64,000 nt of DNA from an uncultured Verrucomicrobiae bacterium. Its GTDB lineage: Bacteria > Verrucomicrobiota > Verrucomicrobiia > Chthoniobacterales > JAFAMB01. Location of the stretch: NCBI GenBank assembly GCA_963813025.1, contig CAWEXO010000005.1, positions 224,001 through 288,000 of the forward strand, written 5' to 3'. The translations under genes were made by a program, and so were the position numbers. Below, piece by piece: positions 20,621 through 31,920 of this stretch (its first letter is position 1; every line of letters begins with the position of its first letter). The notes below the pieces were generated by a model. That model searched no databases and was not told where the DNA came from. It saw nothing but the letters and a program-made list of their open reading frames with translations.

Positions 20621-21744
20621 GTGCCTAATTGCGTAAGTTAGTTATATGTATGGCGACTTTCCCCTGATGTACCTGGGATTTGGTCCATTCGAAGGGAGCC
20701 GCATTGTTATTGTAGTTCTTGATGAAGGTGTCGATGGCGTTGCGCAGCTCTGCCACGCTGGTGAAGTTTGCCCCCTGGAGGGCTTGGCGGCTCAAGATAC
20801 TAAACCAGATCTCAATCTGGTTGAGCCAAGAAGCGTGGGTTGGAGTGAAATGAAAATGCACATTGGGGTGAGCCTTCAACCAGCGATCTTGCTTTGGCTT
20901 ATGGGTCGCAAGGTTGTCTAAGACCACATGAATTTCTTTGTCGAGATTTCCGGCAACTACCTGGTTCATAAACTCCAGGAATTCCCGTCGGCGCTGGCGC
21001 CGGTAATGACCAGCCTGCACTTGGCCGCTGGCAATGTTGAGGGCGGCAAAGAGAGTGGAGGTGCCATGGCGCTTGTACTCGTGGCTAAAACCCGTCAGCG
21101 CCCTGCCATTGGGCAAGCGAATCCAACCTTGGGCTCTTTCCAGGGCTTGAATGGCTGGTTTTTCATCAATGGCCAAGATGAGCGCATTCTGGGGCGGATT
21201 GAGATAAAGACCGACAATGTCAGCGGCCTTGCGCACAAACTCCGGATCGGTGGAAATGCACCAGCTGCGGCGCCGTTCCAATTCAATGCCTTGTTGGCGC
21301 AAAATGCGCCAGACTTGATCGGAGGAAACATCGGCCAGACTCTGCGCCAGCAGTCGCCCATTCCAGCGCCCGTAGCCCGCCGGTGGATCTTCATCCAGCA
21401 GCGCCAAGACCCGCTTGACCGTCATTTGATCATACTTGGCCGGCTTTCCACTGCGTGGCGCGTCTTCCAAGCCAGCCAGGCCTTGGCGCACAAAGCGCCG
21501 CCGCCATTTACTCACCGTCACCTCGGGAATGCGCAGGCTCTTGGCAATCGCACGTCCACTCAAGCCCGCTGCCGCCTTCAAGATAATCTGACTCCTGACC
21601 TTGAGCCGGTGTTCGACCCGTTGCGCTCGACTCCAACCCTCCAAGAGCTTGCGGTTTTCCACAGAAAGTTTGATGCGACCCGTTGCCATCCATCCAACAA
21701 ATCATAATTTTTCATAAATATAAAGAACTAAAGCAACTAAGTAC
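20621..21744 (-). mobile_element. IS630-family insertion sequence, copy 2
   Basis: Same ends, same length and same 354-aa transposase as 2065-3188; TA duplication. Confidence 0.95.
20625..21689 (-). CDS. IS630-family transposase
   Basis: Protein identical to that of 2069-3133. Confidence 0.95.
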   Translation of the reverse strand: MATGRIKLSVENRKLLEGWSRAQRVEHRLKVRSQIILKAAAGLSGRAIAKSLRIPEVTVSKWRRRFVRQGLAGLEDAPRSGKPAKYDQMTVKRVLALLDEDPPAGYGRWNGRLLAQSLADVSSDQVWRILRQQGIELERRRSWCISTDPEFVRKAADIVGLYLNPPQNALILAIDEKPAIQALERAQGWIRLPNGRALTGFSHEYKRHGTSTLFAALNIASGQVQAGHYRRQRRREFLEFMNQVVAGNLDKEIHVVLDNLATHKPKQDRWLKAHPNVHFHFTPTHASWLNQIEIWFSILSRQALQGANFTSVAELRNAIDTFIKNYNNNAAPFEWTKSQVHQGKVAIHITNLRN

Positions 21745-21819
21745 TAGGCAGATTCGTGTAATTTTATACGCTAAGGAACCGTCTTTCCGTGCTTCGGCGT
21801 TGGCGGTATCACATCGATA

Positions 21820-23590
21820 ATGTTTTCCCGCGACCAGCTCAGGCGCGCCGCCAGCCTGACAGAGGAAGATTTCGTGCAGCTCGGCAAGTGTCGGCGCCTC
21901 CATAACCGGCTTGGCTTTGCCCACCAGGTCGCCTTCGTCCGGCTCTTCGATCGATTCCCGCAGCAGCAGCCCTTCGAGCTCTTCGAGGAACTGGTTTACT
22001 TCAGCGCGGCGCAGTTGGGGCTTGATGCAGGGCTGATTGAACTCTACCGCAAACGGCAGCCGACGATCTCCGAGCATCAACAGACCATCACCGATTATCT
22101 GAGGCTGCGCCCCTTCGATGACGCCGAGGTGACACAGCTGGAAGAATTCCTGTTCGAGGAGGCCTGTCGTCTGGAACAGACCGCCGCCCTTACGGCCGGG
22201 CAGTTTCTTAAAGAGCAGCGCGTGCTCGAGCCCGCCGAGTTCCGGATCGCCCGCATCGTCGGCGAGCAGCGGGCGCGGGCACGCGAGGACATCTTTAGGC
22301 GGGTCGCTGCGTCCGTCCCGAACGGCTTGACCGGTACGCTCGAGGACCTGCTCTTGGTCAAGCCGGACGAAACCAGCTCCGGGTTGCAGGCGATCAAAGC
22401 CAATCCGAGCAAGCCATCCGTGGATGCGATGCTCACTTTACTCGACAAACTGAGGGTCATCGAAGCTACAGGCGTGCTTGGGGTCAATCTCTTGTGGCTC
22501 AACGGCAATTACCAACGGGCGCTGTTCCACCAGGTGAGAAAGTCCTCGGTGACTCGGTTGCGCGAGCTCGCCGAGCCACGCCGCCGCGCGGCGTTGGTCT
22601 GCTTTCTGTGGCAGAGCTACCGCGACGCCGTCGATCAGGTGGTCGATATGTTCGACAAGCTACTGACCCGCGCGTCCACCCAGGCCCAAAACGAGCTCGA
22701 CGAACAACTCCGCCGCCAGCGGCAAACCATCCAGGGCTCGTTGACGACTTTGAGGTCACTCGGCAGAATCATCCTTGACGACGCCATCTCTGATGAGGAG
22801 CTGCGCGCCCAGCTCTTTGCCGCGGTTTCGCGCGAGGAGTTGGTGGCCTGCATGGACAAAATCGGCGAGTGGGTAAGCGGCAAGCGTAGCGACCTTTTCC
22901 ACGGCATCGTCGGGCGCCATGGGATGCTGCGCAAGTTCTCGCCGGCATTGCTCGACGCCTGGAGTTCACCCAGGATATCGAGGGCGAACAGAGCGCGTGC
23001 CTGCGTGCGTTGCAGATGCTCAAGGAATTGAACGCGACCGGCCGGCGCAAGCTACCGGAAGATGCGCCGACCGACTTCCTACCTCAACGCCTTACGCCCA
23101 TCGTCATAAACCACGGCGAGATTGACCGGCGGGCCTGGGAATGCGCCCTGCTGCTCAAGCTGCGCGACGAGCTCAAGGCCGGCAATCTCTCGGTCCACTT
23201 CAGCAAACGGTTCGCGCGGCTGGAGGAGTTCTTCATCGACGACGGCCGTTGGCAAAGCATACGTAAGGACTTTTTTCGCCGTTCTGGTCTGCCCTCCGAT
23301 ACCAAGCAGGTACCGGAATATCTCGCGCGCCGTCTCGGCGAAGCCTATGAGCGCTTTCTCAGGACGGCGCCGGGCAACAGCTACGCCATGGTTGACAAAG
23401 ATGGCTGGCGCCTGTCCGCCGAGCCCACCGAGAAACTGGACCAGGAGGGACAAGACCGCCTGGCTCACCTCAAATCCTGGCTAGCGAAGCACATGCGTCG
23501 CGTGAAACTGCCCGACCTCCTGATCGAAGTCGACAATCAGCTTGGCTTTACCCGCAATTTCCTCACGCCTGCACAGCGCGAGGCGGCGCG
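21820..23590 (+). pseudogene. tnpA: Tn3-family transposase, frameshifted and 3'-truncated
   Basis: DUF4158-type start (HNRLGFAHQ), IDRRAWE, LRDELKAGNL, RVKLPDLLIEVDNQLGFT; adjacent to a Tn3 IR; shift near 22958. Confidence 0.9.
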
Positions 23591-23930
23591 CTGCTCGGCC
23601 CGTTCCAGGTCGAGGTCGCATCGAGAATCGTTCCCTGAACAGAATAGTCGGGATTGAACGAACAGGGCGAAGCTTTCGAACCCTTCGGCAAGATTGAAGC
23701 GATGGGGCGTGCCGCTCGGCTGCAACGTGAACCGCACGGCGGCCTGGATCGCGCCGAGATTCTGCAGCGTGGCCGAAGGGGGAATGCTGATCCGGCTTCC
23801 CGGCTGATTGAACAGGAAGCCCGGGTACTCCGGCGTGACCTGGGTCGGGATTCCGTTATTGGAGTAAGCAGACGTATCGACCGCGACATTCTTGAGATAG
23901 GTCTGGTTGACGATCGTGCGCCACATCGAT
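23590..23930 (-). pseudogene. Fragment of a LamG/concanavalin-like beta protein
   Basis: AVDTSAYSNNG...GSRISIPPSATL...; frameshifted and truncated. Confidence 0.45.
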
Positions 23931-23989
23931 TTCGCCCGCTTGCCGATAGGTTGATTTGGGTGGGGCTCCACCTTTCCGGCCGTCGTTTG

Positions 23990-24584
23990 CAGCCGGCGCC
24001 ACGCAACTGACGCGCAGACAACGTGTTTTGTCAAGCAGCGACGTTGTCTCGGATGGCGAGGATGGCATGAGGTCGATAGCGGGCAAGTGGTTCAATGCGA
24101 ACGAGCAGCACATACTGGATTGGTATCACATTGCCCGGCCTTTGAGACTATCGGAAAAGGCCTTATCTATCTTCCTCACGTCGAGGATTTCGAATACCGG
24201 CTCTCAAGACACTGGCAGCACTTGAATCGCGCAATGTGGAAAGTCTGGCATGGCAATTTGTACGGAGCCAGCATCGCTCTTAATTGTTTTTACGACGGAG
24301 TCGATATTCACATAATGATTTCCGAGGAGGATTCCAGCTGGTCGACAAGGCTGGAACAGGTTCGCGAGCAGCTGGCCGAGTTGTGGTCGTACCTGATCGC
24401 AAACCAAACTCGACTGATCAACTACGGCAGGGAATATCGCAAAGGCCATCGCATATCGACAGCGCGAGTGGAGTCGACTGTGGACCAACTGGTAGACTGG
24501 CGGATGGAGAAGAAACAGCATATGCGCTGGACCAAAACCGGTGCGCAGATGTTGCTCCATGCGCGCTGTGCGCTGATCAAATAA
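23990..24584 (+). pseudogene. ISKra4-family transposase, C-terminal remnant
   Basis: VSDGEDG, HILDWYHI, LINYGREYR.G.RISTARVESTV, KKQHMRWT..GA. Confidence 0.8.
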
Positions 24585-24598
24585 AGAAGGAATGAACA

Positions 24599-25560
24599 AT
24601 GGATCTGGTTCCGTTTAAAAAACACAGCCTCACGCGCGCGCAATTCGAGCAGCTCGCCGATATTCCACTCGAAGAGGAATGGCTGGCGAACATCACGAAC
24701 CTGAAAACTCGCCGGGCTTATAAGGAAGATGTGCGGGAGTTTATCGCGTTTACAGCTTTGCAGGATTATATGGGACTACGTTCCGTAGCGCGGTCGCATA
24801 TCATTGCCTGGCGCAAGGACATGGAAAGACGCGGTCTGGCGCCGGCCACTGTTCGGCGCAAGCTCTCGGCGCTGTCCTCGCTCTTTGATTACCTCTGCGA
24901 ACGCAACGCTGTCACCGGTAATCCGGTGGACGGAGTGAAACGGCCAATGGCCAACGGGAACGAAGGCAGCACGCCAGCGCTCGGCGACGCGCAGGCCCGC
25001 AAACTGTTGGAAGCCCCGCCCGCGGACACGCTCAAGGGCGTCCGGGATCGGGCCATCCTGGCTACCTTGCTGTATCATGGTATCCGGCGTGAAGAGCTCT
25101 GCGGCTTGAGAGTAAAAGACCTGCACAGCCGACAGGGCGTCATGCATTTTCGCGTCAAAGGCAAGCGGTCCAAAATCCGCTTCATCCGGTTAATCCGGCC
25201 GCGCAGCGGATGATCGAGGATTACCTGGCACTAACAGGACATCGGAGCGATGTCGAAGGGGCTCTTTTCCGGCCGGTGAAGAACAATCGGACCGGTCGCC
25301 TTGATCGGCACTTGGATCCGGCCTCGGTCTATCAAAATATCGTTCGCAAATACGGCCTGGAAACCGGCCTCAGCGCCGAGGTTATGGGCCTTTGTGTGCA
25401 TTCGCTGCGTGCCACGGCGGCAACAAACGCTCTATCGCATGATTCCGATATAGCCAAGGTACAGGAGTGGCTGGGGCACGCTAACGTATCCACCACACGC
25501 CTGTATGACCGGCGCAAGAGCAAGCCCGAAGACAGTCCGACTTTTCGGGTGAAATATTAA
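24599..25560 (+). pseudogene. Tyrosine recombinase/integrase (XerC/D-like), one frameshift
   Basis: TRRAY, RRKLSALSSLF, RDRAIL...[31 protein letters not shown]; shift near 25186. Confidence 0.9.
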
Positions 25561-25691
25561 TTAACGGAGACTACTCGCCGGAATTCCGTATCGAGGCTCG
25601 AAAGCGATTCAGAGCAACCGTTCGTGCAGATTCAGATATCGACGCTAGCTGGCTCATTTCGGTAAGAAGCTTTCCGCTCCTCGAAAGGTAC

Positions 25692-25738
25692 GTCAAATAT
25701 CGTGCAAAATTTCACGCTAAATATTGTGCAAATTGACA
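25692..25738. mobile_element. Putative TGT-type transposon end
   Basis: Direct repeats AAATATCGTGCAAA and AAATATTGTGCAAA ending in TTGACA. The reverse complement resembles the end at 51287. Confidence 0.4.
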
Positions 25739-25806
25739 CTACTTTTTTGTGTAAATTTCCAAGATAAAGTGCGGGCGCTCTTGCATTACAAGAAGCGATT
25801 GAAGAG

Positions 25807-26196
25807 TTATCTTTTCACACCCCTGGCGGTACGCGTATGTTTTCCCGCCTTCACAGCGCGCGGTTTCTGTTCTGATTGGAGCTTGTGAGCCTTGACTATG
25901 GCCGCAATCAATCCTGGAAAGCGCTTGTCGACTTCTGCGCAGCGAGATGTGTTGTGCATCTCAACCCCTCGACGTTCGCCCCGAATCAAACCCGCCTCTC
26001 GGAGGGCTTTGAAATGCAGAGAGAGAGTTGATTTCGGGATGGTTTTCTCGCTGACTTGCAGAAAGTTCGAGCAATTGTGCGAACAGTCCGAGCCTGCTAT
26101 TTGGGCGAAGATAGCCACACGCACGGGGTCGGACAGCGCGTGGAGGATGGCTTCGACCCTAACGTCTTCGACCGATGGGTGATAAAGAGGCCTCAT
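25807..26196 (-). CDS. ArsR/SmtB-family transcriptional regulator
   Basis: ILHALSDPVR...IPKSTLSLHFKALREAGLI...RFPGL; divergent from an SDR gene. Confidence 0.85.
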   Translation of the reverse strand: MRPLYHPSVEDVRVEAILHALSDPVRVAIFAQIAGSDCSHNCSNFLQVSEKTIPKSTLSLHFKALREAGLIRGERRGVEMHNTSRCAEVDKRFPGLIAAIVKAHKLQSEQKPRAVKAGKHTRTARGVKR

Positions 26197-26227
26197 ACAT
26201 TTCATTATACGCGCACTTGACATATTG

Positions 26228-26258
26228 TTCAATAGTTCATATGTTCCGAACTATGGAA
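26228..26258. promoter_or_regulatory. Putative ArsR operator palindrome
   Basis: TTCAATAGTTC-N9-GAACTATGGAA (10/11 inverted match) in the divergent intergenic region. Confidence 0.55.
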
Positions 26259-26325
26259 TTGATTTGCCTCCGTGCATCACGTGCGGTTCACCATTTTCAT
26301 TCCAAACCGAAAAGAACGATAACAC

Positions 26326-27072
26326 ATGAACAAACTCACAGGTAAAGTCGCAGTTGTCACAGGCGCATCGAAAGGCATCGGAGCAGCCATCGCCAAGTCA
26401 CTCGCCGCAGAAGGAGCATCCGTAGTAGTGAACTATGCTTCCAGCAAGGCTGGAGCGGAGGCTGTTGTCGCCGACATCACCGCAGCCGGTGGCAAGGCTG
26501 TTGCCGTGGGGGGCGACGTCTCCAAGGCTGCTGAGGCTCAAGGCATCATCGACGCCGCAATCAAAAAGTATGGCCGCCTCGACATCCTCGTTAACAACTC
26601 CGGCGTGTATGAGTTCGCCCCCATCGAGGCCATCACCGAAGAACAATTCCACAAGATGTTTAATGTTAACGTGCTCGGTCTTCTGCTCACCACGCAGGCA
26701 GCCGTCAAACACCTCGACGAAGGCGCCAGCATCATCAACGTCGGTTCTGTGGCCAGCCGCCTCACGCCTCCAAGCAGCTCGGTTTACACGGGCACCAAGG
26801 GTGCGGTCGACGCTATCACCGGCGTGCTCTCCCGCGAGCTCGGCCCAAAGAAGATCCGTGTCAACGCACTGAATCCCGGCATGGTGGAGACCGAAGGCAC
26901 GCACAGCGCTGGCGTTATCGGCTCTGACTTCGAGACGGGAACGGTCGCCCAGACCCCGCTCGGACGCGTCGGTCAGCCCGGTGATATTGCCTCTATCGCG
27001 GTCTTCCTGGCCTCGGAGGATTCTGCCTGGCTCACCGGCGAGCTGATCCTAGCTGGCGGCGGCCTCCGCTAA
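26326..27072 (+). CDS. SDR-family oxidoreductase
   Basis: TGASKGIG, LVNNSG, YTGTK. Confidence 0.9.
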   Translation: MNKLTGKVAVVTGASKGIGAAIAKSLAAEGASVVVNYASSKAGAEAVVADITAAGGKAVAVGGDVSKAAEAQGIIDAAIKKYGRLDILVNNSGVYEFAPIEAITEEQFHKMFNVNVLGLLLTTQAAVKHLDEGASIINVGSVASRLTPPSSSVYTGTKGAVDAITGVLSRELGPKKIRVNALNPGMVETEGTHSAGVIGSDFETGTVAQTPLGRVGQPGDIASIAVFLASEDSAWLTGELILAGGGLR

Positions 27073-27289
27073 TCCTACCCGCAGTGAACCCTTTCAACGC
27101 AGATCTGGCCAAAAGAGCCAGATGTGAGTGATGGGAGCCGGCGATTGCTCCGCCCAGGACCAAACGCTTCGGACCCCTGAAATAAATGTCATTCTTCATT
27201 CTTGAGACCGTCACGTACTCACGAGACCGCTCTTACCCTCGAAATCTTTGTCAAACTATTGTGATGCACTGTCTGGCATAAAGGAAAAT

Positions 27290-28283
27290 TCAGTTGCTGG
27301 TCGTGATCACCGCACGAAAGCGCACTTTGCCCTCGGCGACGCGCTCGTAAGCTTTGGTGATCTCGTCGAGCGAGTAGGTCTCGGTCATTACTTTGACTTT
27401 TCCCGATGCGGCGATTTGTAGCGCTTCGTACAAGTATTCGCGATCGTTCTGCTGGCTGCCAAGGATGCGAATACGGCGCATGATCAAATCGCCGGGATGC
27501 ACGGCAAGCGGTTTGTTTTCGAACCCCATTAAGACTAGGCGACCATCGGGGCGCAGGCCCGCGATGCTGTCGGCCATCGCATCAACGGAATTGCTCGTGC
27601 CGAGGATCACGTCCGCGCCGCCGACTGCGGCCAAACCTTGTGCCGTCACGCACAACCTCGTCGGCGCCAAGTTCGCGAACGAGTTTATCTTTGTCGGTCG
27701 AGTGCGAGATGGCGATCGTCGTGAAACCAGCGGCCTTCGCATATTGCACGGCAAGATGTCCGAGACCGCCAATGCCGACGATGGCGAGGCGTTCGCCCGG
27801 CTGCGGCTCAGCCCAGCGCAATCCGGACCAGACGGTGTAGCCGGCGCAGAAAAGCGGCGCGGCTTGTTCGTAGTCTAATCCGGCGGGCAATAGCATCGTC
27901 GCATCGGCGTAGGCCACCATGTATTCGGCGTGTCCGCCACTGATCTGTACGCCCGTGCCGATGCCTTGTTCGCAAAACATCGGCTTGCTGCGAGCGCACC
28001 ATTCGCAGCGTCCGCAGGTGTGTTGCACCCAAGGCACGCCGACGCGATCGCCCGTCTTGCGCGTCGTAACACCGGTTCCAACCGCAACGATTTCGCCAAC
28101 CGGTTCGTGGCCGAGTGTGCGCGGGAAGTCGCCGGGCAAGTCGCCGCGAGTCTGATGCACGTCCGTGTAACACATCCCGCTGGCGCGGATTTTGATGAGC
28201 ACCTGGTTTTCACCGGGCTCCGGAATGTTGATTTCCTTTACTTCCCACTTGCTGTTCGCGGAAGGGACAATGGCTGCTTTCAT
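27290..28283 (-). pseudogene. Zinc-dependent alcohol dehydrogenase, frameshifted
   Basis: GMCYTD, GHE, CGRCEWC...FC, GIGGLG; continues in another frame to GKVRFRAV. Confidence 0.85.
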
Positions 28284-29189
28284 GTTTTTCCTTTAGTTTG
28301 CTCCAATCTTAGCCTTGCTCTGAACCTGCGCTGATCAAAAAGCACAGAAAATCTGGCCTGCGGTCGTCGCCCTCCCGCTCGACTTGGCTCGTACATTTTC
28401 GACCCTTCGACTTTCTGGGCTAGACTATTCCAATGAAAGCTTCCGTCTCGCGTCGGGGCGCCCCTTGCTAGTCGATCTCGGTACGCAGTTTTTCTACTTC
28501 AACATCTCCTTCACCTTCACTGCAACGGCAACGCTGAGCTTTGTTTGCATTTGGGCTTGCCGCTTTCGCGCCTAAAATGCCACGCGATTGCCACAAACCG
28601 GATATACAAACCAGATAGGCTTTTTCGCTGCTCCCAAAATCAGACCTCCTAACTGCGACGGAGAAGCGGTATCTAAACGTGCGTAAATTTCCTTTCTTGA
28701 GTTCCCCCCCGATCACATCATCCTAACGGCCTCTACATAAGTGGGCCGCTGACAAAGAAGTTCCGTGGCTGATCCCCCACTCTCCCCTCTTCCACCCTAC
28801 TCGAACTCGCCAGCTGTTCCATCAATCACCGTCCTCAGGCTCGGGTTCCCGCATCTAACCGAGCCACCTGCTTGACAACAAATTTGAAATCATGCAGTTA
28901 CTGCCTGCGGCCAACCACGAGACCATTCATGAATAATCAAGAGCCCGAGCTAAACCCAAAGCCGGACGAGACTGATTCTGCGAAAGCAAATGAATCTGTC
29001 CAGAGAGAGCGATCAGAGCTTCCGGTGGATCAGCATTCTTCATATCTCAGAAGTCGCCAAATTGCGTTGAAAAAGTTCAGCCCTCAAGGTGGGGACCCTA
29101 GCTGAGGCCTTGTGGAAACCGGAGCTTTAAGGGACCTCAACAGATTGGCGCCAGCCAACTGAGGTGCTCTCCAGGAACCGCCCGGTAAT

Positions 29190-29293
29190 AGGCGGATCGG
29201 GACCGTAAAAAACTCGAAGAATTTTTTGGCGGGTTCTTGGCCGGCGCCCGTAATGGTGGTTGAAGTTTCGAAAGAAACTATAAACGACGGCAA
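29190..29293 (-). pseudogene. N-terminal remnant of a tyrosine integrase
   Basis: ITGAGQEPAKKFFEFFTVPIR resembles the start of XerC-like mobile integrases. Confidence 0.5.
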
Positions 29294-29471
29294 GTTGGGA
29301 ATCCGACATTGGACGCAAGAGGCTACGCTAAAGCGTCCCTTTTTGGTCAGTCATACAAGGGGTTATGCAGGGCTAAAATCAGAAGAGGATAAATTTGTTT
29401 TCTGATTTGGGAAGGCGAATGCTCAAGCTTGAGATGCGTTTCCGTTTTTACGTTCTCAGGTCGCTACCTAC

Positions 29472-31904
29472 CTATTCCAAATCGTCGAGCTCCAGCAAAA
29501 GTTCACGATTAATCGCGCCTGAAGCAACTTCCACAACCGAGCCACCACGGACTTCAATTCGCCGCGTCTCCTGGCGAGGGAAAAGCAATGAGACCTGGCC
29601 GGCTTTTGGATGGTCCTCGCCTTCGCGCTCTATCTTCACGAACAAGTCAGAGCGGGAAGTCGTAATCTGTAGCCGCCATGTCCAATAATGGCCCTGCCGA
29701 TAGCCTTCGCTCTCACCGTCATCCTCAAAACACCTGTATTCGAATTGCCCGTCACCTCTGTGAGGGAATATACAGAATCCACGTTGATCGGACCGCTTCA
29801 GAAAATGTTGTTCCGCGACATTCAGCGGAATGGCACATCCTTCTCTGCCCAAGAGCGGCGGACGATCCCACGGCGCAGGCAACACAATCTTCTGGCCGCC
29901 ATGGTAGTAGTCGCCGCTCCAGAAATCGTACCATCCACAACCTGCGGGCAAATAAACTGATCGCGCACGCTTTTCCGGCTCCACGACCGGTGCGACCAGC
30001 AAGTTTTCTCCGAGCAACATATCGTCGTTTTCGGCATAGCAATATTCGTCTTCCGGAAATTCGTAGAAGGTTGGCCGGATGATCGGCGTGTAGTCGCGAT
30101 GCGAGCGCCACAAAAGATCATAGAGATAAGGTACGAGCCGATACCGGAACCTGATCAGATCACGTATGTATGGGGTTATCTCCGGGTACATCCATGGTTC
30201 GTTGACCGAATTATCATCGTTCCATGAGTGGATGCTAAAGCGCGGCATAAAGATCCCGAACTGTACCCAGCGTAACAAGAGTTCGGCATTCGGAGCAGGT
30301 CCCGAAAACCCACCGACATCATGGCCCACGTTCGATATTCCGGAGAGTGCTAAACCAATGCCCATCTTGATGTTGTACCGCAGCGTCTCCCATGAAGTAT
30401 AGTTGTCTCCAGACCAAGTTTGTACATATCGGTGCATACCGACCGTACCTGATCGAGTGATTAGAAAGGGTCGTCTTTCGGGTGCGAATTCGCGTTGGGC
30501 CTCCCACGAAGATCGCATCATCAACAGAGTTTGCAGCGGCTTGGTTTCAACGGCCCGCCTGGTTTCACCGAAACCGTGGATCAGAGCTTTGGTGCTCCAT
30601 ATCTCAAACTCATTGTTGTCGTTCCAGGTTGCAGCCACACCCTGTTTCAATAAAGACTCAGACACACCTGCTTTCCACCACTCCACCGTACTCGGATTGG
30701 TGAAATCGAGATAGGCACCCACCTCATCCCAGAACTGAACCATGGTCGGCTTGCCATCCTCATCTCGGACTAAAAGTCCTTTCGCCGCTGCCTCATCAAA
30801 CCGAGGGTGATCGCGCAATAAGCAGGGTTTGATATTCGCGCATAATCGGACACCGGCATCAAAAAACCGTTTGACGAAGCCTGGCGGGTCAGGGAATTTC
30901 GCCCGATTCCAGTTAAACACATAACGCTTCTCGCCAATTGACGTATACCCCGAAGAGAGATGGAATGAGTCGCAGAGAATATCGTGCTTTTCGCATCCCA
31001 AAAGAAACTCATTCATCCGCTCCTGGGCATTCGGAGAATCGGTATAGGTCATCGTTGATCCGGAATAGCCCAAGCTCCATTTCGGGGTAAACGTGGGGCG
31101 CCCAGTCAACCATGTGTAGCGTCGCACTGTGTCAGCCAAGGTGGTTCCCGCAATGACATAGTAGTCCAAATCTCCATAATCAGCTACGAAATAGCGGTAC
31201 AGTCCGTGGTAGTTGTCGAGTTCGCGCCCCATGTCGAACGTGCAATCAGCGACTGTGTCGTAGAATATACCGAATGGCATTTTGCTCTGCTTCTTCCACG
31301 TCAAATAAAAAGGAATATGCTTGTAGAGCGGATCCGTGGTTCTGGCGTTATAACCCATCGCATCGATGTTAGTCATGCGATAGCTTTGCCCGATCCGATT
31401 CGTATCTCCGGCCCGCTCGCCGAGTCCGAAGTACATTTCATCCGCTTCGCGTTTTAAATAGTGGTAAACACGTTCATCCCACCAACCAAAATTATAGCTT
31501 TGCGTGGACCGATCCGACGCGGCAAGTTGCCATCGCCCATTGTGCATCACTTCCCACTGGCAGAAAAAGCCTTGTAACTTAACGATTAGCCGCACACGGG
31601 CAGTTGTGATACGCAGTTGATGTGCTTCCTGTAGAAGCTCCACAACAGGTGACGTGAAACCTTCGAGGTTAAAGCGATCGCGCCCTTCCAGTGGAACATC
31701 TTCCAGACCAGGTGCGATGGCCCATGTACGCGGGAAGCGAAGCTTCCCCCCGGCAGCACCATCACGCGCACGATGTCTTCTTCCAGGACGAAAATATGAA
31801 CGATATACCCTTCTACGCTTTGCAGGGTTACGCGAGGGCCGTCCTGGGAAGTAAGAGAGAAAGTGGGGATAGAATCTATCGACATAAAATTTGGTTTGTT
31901 GCAT
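29472..31904 (-). CDS. Glycoside hydrolase family 31 (alpha-glucosidase), with a probable frameshift near the N-terminus
   Basis: FGLGE, DPLYKHIPF, WNDNNE (nucleophile), QTWSGDN, GHDVGGF, RFSIH. The native N-terminus likely lies in the 31586-31885 frame, with the shift at the C6 run 31746-31751. Confidence 0.9.
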   Translation of the reverse strand: MQQTKFYVDRFYPHFLSYFPGRPSRNPAKRRRVYRSYFRPGRRHRARDGAAGGKLRFPRTWAIAPGLEDVPLEGRDRFNLEGFTSPVVELLQEAHQLRITTARVRLIVKLQGFFCQWEVMHNGRWQLAASDRSTQSYNFGWWDERVYHYLKREADEMYFGLGERAGDTNRIGQSYRMTNIDAMGYNARTTDPLYKHIPFYLTWKKQSKMPFGIFYDTVADCTFDMGRELDNYHGLYRYFVADYGDLDYYVIAGTTLADTVRRYTWLTGRPTFTPKWSLGYSGSTMTYTDSPNAQERMNEFLLGCEKHDILCDSFHLSSGYTSIGEKRYVFNWNRAKFPDPPGFVKRFFDAGVRLCANIKPCLLRDHPRFDEAAAKGLLVRDEDGKPTMVQFWDEVGAYLDFTNPSTVEWWKAGVSESLLKQGVAATWNDNNEFEIWSTKALIHGFGETRRAVETKPLQTLLMMRSSWEAQREFAPERRPFLITRSGTVGMHRYVQTWSGDNYTSWETLRYNIKMGIGLALSGISNVGHDVGGFSGPAPNAELLLRWVQFGIFMPRFSIHSWNDDNSVNEPWMYPEITPYIRDLIRFRYRLVPYLYDLLWRSHRDYTPIIRPTFYEFPEDEYCYAENDDMLLGENLLVAPVVEPEKRARSVYLPAGCGWYDFWSGDYYHGGQKIVLPAPWDRPPLLGREGCAIPLNVAEQHFLKRSDQRGFCIFPHRGDGQFEYRCFEDDGESEGYRQGHYWTWRLQITTSRSDLFVKIEREGEDHPKAGQVSLLFPRQETRRIEVRGGSVVEVASGAINRELLLELDDLE

Positions 31905-31920
31905 TACATTAATCGACTTC

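Larger units (their letters stand above)
20612..21775 (+). repeat. 38-bp Tn3-family terminal IR split by IS630 copy 2
   Basis: Removing the IS restores AGGGTACTAGGCAGATTCGTGTAATTTTATACGCTAAG, identical to the inverted copy at 46147-46184. Confidence 0.9.
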
